A program made the translations under genes and the position numbers. The notes beneath the pieces were generated by a model that was given only the letters and a program-made list of their open reading frames with translations, searched no databases and was not told where the DNA came from. Below are positions 48,734-56,300 of a stretch of DNA of 64,000 nt, in pieces. Positions within the stretch are counted from its first letter, which is position 1; each line of letters starts with the position of its first letter. Source of the stretch: an uncultured delta proteobacterium (lineage in GTDB: Bacteria; Myxococcota_A; Polyangia; Palsa-1104); assembly GCA_963785725.1 (NCBI GenBank), contig CAWAWS010000039.1, forward strand, positions 576,001 through 640,000, read 5' to 3'.

Positions 48734-50374
48734 TTACTGCAGCCCGGAATCGAGCTGCGTCTGGGAGAAGTCGTTGATGACCGCGGGCGTGGCCGTGTCG
48801 AACCCGACCACGTCGAGCATTCCACCGTCGGACGGATCGGCGATGGTGAAGCCGTTCGACACCATGGCCACGACGACGAGCTTGGCGGCGATGCCCATGC
48901 GCTGCCGATAATCGCGCAACGCCTGCACCGGATGGACCGCGCCGCACCACGTCTCGGAGTCGGTGTAGATGACGAACGTGTCGACGGCGATCTTGCGATC
49001 GCGCGCCCACACCATCGGCAACGCGCAGTCGGTCGCGCCGAACGGCAAGCCGCTGACGCGCTTCAGCGCGTGGTCGAGTCGCCAGCGCGGCGAGATGTCG
49101 AGCTCGCTCACCGCCGGCGATGACGGCCGAAACAGCCCGTGATCGCCGGTGAAGGCCACGAACGCGTGCTGCGGCTCCGTCGCCGCCGTGACCAGCGCCA
49201 TCGCCGCCGAGGCCAGGCGCGGCGACAGACCGGGCACGCCGGCGACACTCCCCATGGCCATCGACGCCGACACGTCGAGCGCCAACAGCGTCCGCTTGCC
49301 CGTCGGCTCGACCTGCGCGAACGCCGCATGAAACGCGTCGTTCAGCGCGTCGACGATCGCCGGCACCGGCTGCCACACGTGCTGCCCGCGCACGCCGTGA
49401 CCGCTCGCGTACGTCTGCAGCGCCGACAAGATCGCGATCGGATGCACGCGCGCCGCCCGCAGCTGCCCGCCGTAGCGCAGCCGCGTCACCACCATCCGCG
49501 TCGTCGCGCCCAGCGGCGCCAGCAGCCCGACGCGCGTCATCGTCGCCAAGTTGCGCAGCATCGCCGTCAGCGGCATGTGCTCCATGAGCGCCTCCCACAC
49601 GCGCGCATCCGTCAGCCATTGCGTCGGAATGCACTCGCGCGGCAGGTTGTGGGTGCGCACCAGCCGCACGACCTCGCGCACGTCCGTCGCCCGCTTGGCC
49701 GCTTCCACGGCCGCGACGAGCGCCAAATCCTCCGGCACCTTGTCCGGCAGCTCGCCGCGCACGACCCAGCGGTACAGCATGTCGTGCTCGGCCGTCGCCG
49801 CCTTCGGATGCGCCAGCCGCAGCAGATCGCGCGTCGCCCAACCATCGCGCGACGGGTACTTCACGAGCTGATAGGCCAACGCCGATGCCGGCTTGTCGTT
49901 GAACCAGCGCTGCATCGCCGAGCGCGTGCCGCGACCCCAACCGCCGAGCGCGTCGACGTACGACGCGAAGTGCATGAGCTGCGTGCCGGTGCGGCAGATC
50001 GCCGGCATCGCCGCCAACGCGCGCCGCCGCGTGTCGAAGTCGCCGAGCTTGGCCGCCATCGCCAGCGCGAAGATCGCCGGGTCGTTCTTGGGCGCGCGGC
50101 CCGCCTCCGACACGGCGCGCACGCGGGCGATGACCCGCGCGCCGTCGAGCGTCAAGCAACGCTCGACGGCCTCGGCGTTCTCGCGCGTCAGCACGCGCTC
50201 GCGAACGTAGAAGCTGCCGCCTTCGGAGCCGAGGATCAGAAAGCGCTCGAGGCGCGCCCAATCGTCGACCGCCCACCCGTAACCGCCCGCCGAATTCGGC
50301 GTCTGCGTCGCGGAGATGGCCTGGTTCTGCGGCGTCTCCTTACGCGAGAATAGCTTTCCATAATCAATCGTCAC
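48734..50374 (-). CDS. rsr: Ro60/TROVE domain RNA-binding protein (Rsr)
   Basis: NSAGGY, RFLILGSEGG.FY, GGWGR, YQLVKY..RDGW..RDLLRL.HP, MP.TAMLRNL, ALDVSASM (vWA), YTDSETW and DVVGFD motifs; AGGAGG RBS plus GTG. Confidence 0.96.
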   Translation of the reverse strand: MTIDYGKLFSRKETPQNQAISATQTPNSAGGYGWAVDDWARLERFLILGSEGGSFYVRERVLTRENAEAVERCLTLDGARVIARVRAVSEAGRAPKNDPAIFALAMAAKLGDFDTRRRALAAMPAICRTGTQLMHFASYVDALGGWGRGTRSAMQRWFNDKPASALAYQLVKYPSRDGWATRDLLRLAHPKAATAEHDMLYRWVVRGELPDKVPEDLALVAAVEAAKRATDVREVVRLVRTHNLPRECIPTQWLTDARVWEALMEHMPLTAMLRNLATMTRVGLLAPLGATTRMVVTRLRYGGQLRAARVHPIAILSALQTYASGHGVRGQHVWQPVPAIVDALNDAFHAAFAQVEPTGKRTLLALDVSASMAMGSVAGVPGLSPRLASAAMALVTAATEPQHAFVAFTGDHGLFRPSSPAVSELDISPRWRLDHALKRVSGLPFGATDCALPMVWARDRKIAVDTFVIYTDSETWCGAVHPVQALRDYRQRMGIAAKLVVVAMVSNGFTIADPSDGGMLDVVGFDTATPAVINDFSQTQLDSGLQ

Positions 50375-50425
50375 GGCTCACCTCCTTCTCGATTCGTTGG
50401 TTTCGAATATTCGTTGTTTGCGACA

Positions 50426-50498
50426 GCGCCCCGGCAGGCGTCGAGCCAGCACTGCATCCTTCGCAGGGATGTGACCTATCCGTTAGTCGGACGGGAGC
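50426..50498 (-). tRNA. degenerate tRNA-Arg(GCG)
   Basis: Anticodon arm CAUCC-CUGCGAA-GGAUG; D arm GACU..GGUC; imperfect acceptor; T loop CUCGACG. Confidence 0.55.
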
Positions 50499-50698
50499 TT
50501 CACGATGACGGGCGTGCCCGGCTTCACCGCCGAGGTCGCGGCGTGCTCGTAAAAGCGCAGGCCGCCCCAGCGACGGCTCAGGTTGCCTTTGAGCCAGCGC
50601 AGCCACTGACGCGCGCAGGCGCCGCACAATCGCGTTCGTTCCGAATGTCGATGACCGCTGGCTTCGTGATACGGCGTTCCGCAGGCTGAGCAGCGCAT
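50483..50698 (-). CDS. 71-aa putative zinc-binding protein (CSAC...CGAC)
   Basis: AAGGAGG RBS plus ATG; two CxxC motifs; basic/aromatic C-terminal half. Confidence 0.7.
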   Translation of the reverse strand: MRCSACGTPYHEASGHRHSERTRLCGACARQWLRWLKGNLSRRWGGLRFYEHAATSAVKPGTPVIVKLPSD

Positions 50699-50783
50699 CT
50701 GCGCCTCCTTTCGTGAGCGTTGATTTCAATTGCGAATCAATCGGCTGAATATCGAATCGAATAGCGGTGATTCGATTCGGCGG

Positions 50784-50856
50784 TGCCCCAGCGAGGAGTC
50801 GAACCTCGTTCTCCGGTGCTTCAGACCGGCGCGCGGACCGCATACGCTACCGGGGC
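50784..50856 (-). tRNA. tRNA-Phe(GAA), divergent
   Basis: Acceptor GCCCCGG/CUGGGGC-A; anticodon arm CCGGU-CUGAAGC-ACCGG; T loop UUCGACU. Confidence 0.82.
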
Positions 50857-50858
50857 AT

Positions 50859-50931
50859 TGGCGCCTGCGACGGGCGTCGAACCGGTTCACTCGATCGACA
50901 ATCGAGCCGCCGGCCGTTGGCGTCCGCAAGC
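50859..50931 (-). tRNA. tRNA-Asp(GTC), divergent, CCA encoded
   Basis: Acceptor GCUUGCG/CGCAGGC-G-CCA; anticodon arm CUCGA-UUGUCGA-UCGAG. Confidence 0.75.
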
Positions 50932-50933
50932 AA

Positions 50934-51009
50934 TGGGGTGAATAGGGGGATTCGAACCCACCGTCTCGCGGTCCACGGCCGCGCGCTCTGCCATTGAGCG
51001 ATATTCACC
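50934..51009 (-). tRNA. tRNA-His(GTG), CCA encoded
   Basis: G-1:C73 pair (GGUGAAUA/UAUUCACC-CCA); anticodon arm CGCGG-CCGUGGA-CCGCG. Confidence 0.85.
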
Positions 51010-51022
51010 ATGAAATCATTCG

Positions 51023-51096
51023 TCGGCATGGCGGGCTTCGATCCCGCGACCTCTCGCTCCCGAAACGAGCGCTCTACCAGGCTGAGCTACACGCCG
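51023..51096 (-). tRNA. tRNA-Pro(CGG)
   Basis: Acceptor CGGCGUG/CAUGCCG-A; canonical D arm AGCUCAGCCUGGUAGAGC; loop UUCGGGA; T loop AUCGAAG. Confidence 0.88.
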
Positions 51097-51140
51097 AACA
51101 TTCCCGAAATACGATTCAAAACCTCGGTTAATAAAGCGAT

Positions 51141-51217
51141 TGGCGTACCCCCAAAGGAATCGAGCTTGCTTCGTCCGCTTAACAAGCGGTCGCCATCACC
51201 AGGCCGGCGCGGGGTAC
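51141..51217 (-). tRNA. tRNA-Asn(GTT), degenerate T arm (possible pseudo-tRNA), CCA encoded
   Basis: Acceptor GUACCCC/GGGGUAC-G-CCA; loop UUGUUAA; poorly paired T stem. Confidence 0.6.
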
Positions 51218-51238
51218 GAAGCGCGTGGTTACGCGCGG

Positions 51239-51311
51239 TGCGCGCCGTGGGAATCGAACCCACCTAAAGACGGATTAAGAATCCGCTGCCTCTCCAGTCG
51301 GCTTGGCGCGC
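51239..51311 (-). tRNA. tRNA-Lys(CTT), divergent
   Basis: Acceptor GCGCGCC/GGCGCGC-A; anticodon arm GCGGA-UUCUUAA-UCCGU; T arm GUGGG-UUCGAUU-CCCAC. Confidence 0.82.
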
Positions 51312-51384
51312 AGGTGCTCTCGTCGAAACGAGAGCGTTTTCATCACGTCGACTATTCGGTTTTCAATCGTTCCCGACATCAGCG

Positions 51385-51456
51385 AGCGGTCGGCGGGAAT
51401 CGAACCCGCCACTCCGGCCTGGCGAGCCGGCATGTCTCCGACAACACTTCGACCGC
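51385..51456 (-). tRNA. tRNA-Gly(GCC), divergent
   Basis: Acceptor GCGGUCG/CGACCGC-U73; anticodon arm CCGGC-UCGCCAG-GCCGG; T arm GCGGG-UUCGAUU-CCCGC. Confidence 0.82.
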
Positions 51457-51534
51457 GAGACGCACGACCGCCTTCGCCGTTTCGGATATCGAATCCGAAA
51501 GACGTGAATGAATAACGGTCCAGCGTGGTGAAAC

Positions 51535-51579
51535 CCCGAAACGGCGAAGGGCCGGAAACCTCTCGGTTTGCCGGCCCTT
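51535..51579 (-). terminator. attenuator terminator hairpin upstream of the tRNA array
   Basis: AAGGGCCGG(C)AAACC-GAGA-GGUUUCCGGCCCUU followed by a weak U-containing tail. Confidence 0.65.
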
Positions 51580-51609
51580 TAGTCGATCCCGAAACTACCC
51601 GGATTCGGA

Positions 51610-51759
51610 CTAGGGGCCGTTGGCCTTACCCTCGCGGCGCGCCGGATTGGTGGCGCAATGACCACCAAACTCGAGCACATACAGATCGCCGCCGAGGCGG
51701 GCGCTCGTCGAGCGCGGCGTCAGTCGGTCGTTCCGTAATGGTTTGATTTCGCGCGACAT
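51610..51759 (-). CDS. putative 49-aa leader peptide (MSREIKPLRN...GKANGP)
   Basis: AGGA RBS; lies between the promoter and the terminator; its last codons can pair with the terminator 5' arm. Confidence 0.6.
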   Translation of the reverse strand: MSREIKPLRNDRLTPRSTSARLGGDLYVLEFGGHCATNPARREGKANGP

Positions 51760-51778
51760 GAGAGTTCCTGTGTCCTTG

Positions 51779-51820
51779 GTGCTAAAGGCTTCGCGATTCG
51801 AAGTCAAGGAAAAATAAAAA
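51779..51820 (-). promoter_or_regulatory. sigma70-like promoter of the RNA island
   Basis: TTGACT-17 bp-TAGCAC with an upstream T-rich UP-like tract (TTTTTATTTTT) in otherwise GC-rich DNA. Confidence 0.65.
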
Positions 51821-51995
51821 ACAACTCATTTCGTTTCGCCGTCTACGTATATCCAAACCATTTTCGTCATTGGTGAATACTCGATTCAATCGCGCGCTAT
51901 ATTTTCTATTTTGCGGGCGATTGAAGGCGGCGCGCGCCGCAGTCGAGCGCCAATGCGCGGGTGATGTTCGGCATACGAGGCGGGGGATGGCCATG

Positions 51996-52030
51996 AAAAA
52001 GCCGCCGGGCCGACGTGGCCGGGCGGCTTT
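51996..52030. terminator. intrinsic terminator (possibly bidirectional)
   Basis: AAAAAGCCGCC.GGCC-loop-GGCC.GGCGGCTTT; T5 tail on the minus strand, downstream of the AKR gene. Confidence 0.75.
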
Positions 52031-52042
52031 CGCGATCGGGAA

Positions 52043-52208
52043 AAAGTACCTCGCCCCCGTGATTTTGATGGGTCCCCGGCGAGGATTCGGCGTTCAGGGC
52101 AAGGCGCGACGACGAAGGAATACTGTCTGTATTTCGAGAAGGAGCAACGAAGCCATGGACGTCGAAGACCGGCGCGGACCCGTCGAAATCACTGTGGCGA
52201 GGTACTAG
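52043..52208. mobile_element. MITE/REP-like element (inverted copy of 48226-48391)
   Basis: About 8 mismatches over 166 bp versus the reverse complement of 48226-48391; left CTAG eroded. Confidence 0.88.
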
Positions 52209-52217
52209 AGGCGACGG

Positions 52218-53256
52218 TTACTTCGTGATGACGCGCGGCTCGCGGTTCTGCCAGTCGACCATCCAGCCCGGGTACTCGGCCGGCAGCGCGCTGGCGTCGT
52301 CGAGCTGCTTGAGCTGCTCGGGCGACAGCTTCACTTCCGTCGCGGCGAGGTTGTCTGCAGCTGCTCCTTGTTCTTCGCGCCGATGATGACGCTGGTGACG
52401 AACGGCCGCGTCAGCTGCCACGCCAGCGCGACGCGCGCGACCGAGATGTTCGTCGCCTTGGCCACCGCGCGCAGCGCCGCCAGCACCTTCGGCAGGCGCT
52501 CGCGATTGACCGGCGGGAAATCGAACGACGCGCGGCGCGCGCCCGTCGGACCGTCGGCGGCCGGCTTGTCGGGGTCGAACTTGCCCGACAAGAGGCCGCC
52601 GGCGAGCGGGCTCCACGGCAGGATCGCGATCGCCTGGTCCTTGGCGAGCGGCACGATCTCGCGCTCGATGTCGCGGCCGGCGATCGAGTAGTACATCTGC
52701 GCGCTCTGGAAGCGGCGCGAGGCCGTGCGCGTCGGCGTAGGCGAGCGCCTTCATCGCCAGCCACGCCGCGCAGGTTGGAGAAGCCGACGTAGCGGGCCTT
52801 GCCGCGCCGCACGACGTCGTCGAGCGCGCGCACCGTCTCCTCGATCGGCGTCTCCGGGTCGAAGCCGTGGATCTGGTAGAGGTCGACGTGATCGAGCCCG
52901 AGCCGGCGCAGGCTGCCGTCGATGCTCGCCAGGATGTGCGCGCGCGAGAGGCCGACCTGGTTCGGTCCCGGGCCCGAGCGACCGCGGACCTTGGTGGCGA
53001 CGACGACCTGCTCGCGCGGGCGCTTGAGCGACGCGAGCGCGCCGCCGAGCAGCGTCTCGGACTCGCCCTCGGAGTAGACGTCGGCGGTGTCGATGAAGTT
53101 GACGCCGGCGTCGAAGGCGCCGCCGACGATGGTCTCGACCTCCTTCTCGCCGAGCTTGCCGACGACCTCCCAGAAGCCTTTGCCGCCGAACGTCATCGTG
53201 CCGAGGCACAGCTCCGAGACGTAGAGGCCGGTCTTGCCGAGAACATGAAATTTCAT
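52218..53256 (-). pseudogene. aldo/keto reductase with three frameshifts
   Basis: [17 protein letters not shown] and HVDLYQIH motifs; homology switches frame near 52770, 52716 and 52358. Confidence 0.8.
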
Positions 53257-53389
53257 CGCTCGCTCCTTGTGGCTGCCGAGGATGCGCCGGACAAACGCGC
53301 TGCATCGGACGTAAATCGCGATCGCCGGCCGCGCCAGCTAATTCTGCGGCGTGAAATCCTTGCGCGATCAGCGCCGTCCCGACTGTCGG

Positions 53390-56300
53390 TTACGGGTCGG
53401 ATTCGCGCGCGGTCGCGTCTTGCAGCGCCGCTTGCAGCGTCGCCGACTCGACGGGCTTGACCAGATGCGCCGCGAAGCCGGCGGCGCGCGAGCGCTCGCG
53501 ATCTTCGGGCTGGCCGTAGCCGGTGAGCGCGATGAGCCGCGTACGGCGCAGCTGCGGGTGCACGCCGAACTGCGTCGCCAGCTCGAAGCCGTCCATGACC
53601 GGCAGGCCGATGTCGAGGATGGCGATGTCGGGCTCGAACTCGGCGCCGACGCTGAGCGCGGTCGGGCCGTCGAAGGCCGTGCGCACCTGATGCTGGTCGG
53701 CCGCCAACATCTCGGCCAGCAGGTCGGCGGCGTCTTCGTTGTCGTCGACGATGAGGATCTTCTTGGCGCCCGCCCCGCGCTTGAGCGCGCTCGTGGCCTC
53801 CACGGGCGTCGTCGCCGTCGCCCGCGACAGCGGCAGCGTCACCGTCAGCTGCGAGCCTTGGTCGCGGCCGGCGCTCGCCGCCGCCACGGTTCCGCCGTGC
53901 AGCGACACCAAGCTGCGCACGATCGCCAAGCCGAGGCCGAGGCCGCCTTGCGAACGATCGAGCGCTTGCCGCTCTTGCGCGAAGGGCTCGAAGATCTCCG
54001 CCAACATTTGCGGCTCGATGCCGATGCCCGAGTCGCGCACGACCAGCTCCACCGACTCGCCCAGCCGCCGCGCGCTCACGACGATGCGCCCGCCGTTGGG
54101 CGTGTATTTCGCGGCGTTCGTCAGCAGGTTGGCGATGACTTGCGCCAGCCGCGCCGCGTCGGCGTCGACGACGAGCCCGTGCGCCGCGACGTCGACCAGC
54201 AGCTGATGGCGCTGCTGCTCGTACAGCGGGCTGGCCGTCTCGATCGCCTGCGCGACGACCGTGGCCAGCTCGATGGGCGCGCGCCGCAGCTCGATCTTGC
54301 CGCGCGTCACGCGCGAGACGTCGAGCAGGTCATCGACCATCGACACCAGATGCTTGACCTGCCGCTCGATGACCGCGCGCTCGCGCTCGCCGCCGACGTC
54401 GCCGCGCAGCCGCATCAGCTGCAGCGCCGTCAAGATGGGCGCCAACGGGTTGCGCAGCTCGTGGCTCAACATCGCCAAGAACTCGTCTTTGGCGCGATTG
54501 GCCAGCTCGGCCAGCTGGCGCGCGCGCGCCAGCTCGGTCACCTCGAAGGCGACGACGGCGATGCTGCGCACCTCGCTGCCCTGCATCATCGGCTGATAGA
54601 CGATGTCGAAGAAGCGCTCCTGGAGCACGCCGTTGGTCTCGAGCATCGTCCGCAGCGTCCGCGCGCGAAACATCTCGCCCGTCTCACGCACGCGATCGAG
54701 GATCGCCGGGATCTCTTGGCCGTGCAGCTCGGGGATGGCCTGCAAGAGCGTCTTGCCGACGAGCGCACGATTGCCGAGCAGCTCGATATAGGGGGGATTG
54801 GCGAGCTCGAACAGATGATCGGGCCCGCTCAAGATGGCGATGGCCACCGGCGCTTGCGCGAACACCTCGTCGAGCCGGCGCGCCTGCGCCTCTTCGATGG
54901 CGCGAATGCGGCTGCGCATCAGCAGCGAGTCGACGCGCGCCATGAGCTCGCGCGCCGCGAACGGCTTGACCAAGTAGTCGTTCGCGCCCGCGAGCAGCGC
55001 CTCCATGCGCGACTCTTCGCCGGCGCGCGCCGAGAGCATGAGCACCGGGATCGTGCGCGTCGTCTCGTCGCCGGCGAGCGCGCGCAAGAGGCCGAAGCCG
55101 TCCAGCTCCGGCATCATGACGTCGGTGATGACGAGATCGGGGCGGCGATAGGCGATCGCCTCCAGCGCCTGCCGGCCGTTGGCGACGGCGTCGACGTCCC
55201 AGCGCGCACCGAGCAGCCGCTGAATGTATTGGCGCATGTCGGCGTTGTCGTCGGCCAAGAGCACGCGCGGGCGCGCCTCGGGATCGCTGAAGAGCGGCGC
55301 TTCGACGGCGCCCTCTTGCGCTTCGTCGGGCAGCCAGCGCAGCGCCTCTTCGACGTAGGCGTTGCCGTGGCGCGACGTCGTCGGCGTCATCGGCGCGCGA
55401 ATGCGGCCCGCCGGCAAGTGGGCGCGGCCGCGCGGGATGGTCACCGTGAACGTGCTGCCGGCGTCGACTTGGCTCGTGACGGTGATGCTGCCGCCGTGCA
55501 GCTTGACCAGCTCCTGCACCAGCGCGAGGCCGATGCCGGTGCCTTCGTGCGTGCGGCCGGGCGTGCCTTCGACGCGATGGAAGCGCTCGAACAGATGCGG
55601 CAGCTCGCCGGCGGGGATGCCGCTGCCGGTGTCGCGCACGACGAGCCGGACGTCGTCGCCGTCGGCGCGCAGCGTGACCGCGATCTCGCCCTCGAGCGTG
55701 AACTTGAAGGCGTTGGAGAGGAGGTTGAGGACGATCTTCTCCCACATGTCGCGATCGACGAAGACCGGCTCGTCGAGCGGCGGACAATCGACGACGAGCT
55801 GCAGGCCCGCCTTGTCCGTCGCCGAGCGGAAGACGCTCGCCAGATCGGCGGTCAGCTGCGGCAAGTTCGTCGGCTCGTAGGTGGCTTCGACGCGGCCCGC
55901 TTCGATGCGCGAGAAATCCAGCAGCGTATTGACGAGCTTCAACAGCCGCAGGCCGTTGCGATGGACGAGCGCCAGCTGTTCGTGCTGCGACGAGCCCGGC
56001 GCCACCTCCGCCAGCAGCTCGGCGAGCGGCCCCAGCATCAGCGTCAGCGGCGTGCGGAACTCGTGGCTGACGTTGGAGAAGAACGCGGTCTTGGCGCGAT
56101 CGATTTCGGCCAGCGCCTCGGCGCGGCGGCGCTCGTCTTCGTAGGCGCGCGCGTTGGCCAGGCCGGCCGCGATCTGCCCGACGAACAGCTGCATGAAGTC
56201 GCGATAGGCGTCGTCGAAGACGCGATGGGGATTGAGCGCGGCGATGAACGCGCCCGCCGGTCGACTCTGGCCTTGCTGCGCGATCGGCAAGAGGAGCGCG

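Noticed and set aside
50726..51515. Short ORFs across the tRNA array and MITEs (e.g. 50730-50945, 51010-51267)
   Set aside because: They are translations of tRNA or repeat sequence with no RBS or coding bias
51460..51780. T-box or metabolite riboswitch
   Set aside because: No UGGN-ACC T-box bulge or recognisable aptamer seen; the leader-ORF attenuator explains the structure better
48226..52208. Autonomous composite transposon or prophage tRNA cluster
   Set aside because: No transposase, integrase or phage structural genes in the window; the flanking repeats are non-coding
52331..52770. Programmed frameshifting in the AKR gene
   Set aside because: Three separate shifts without slippery heptamers; decay or sequencing error is more likely
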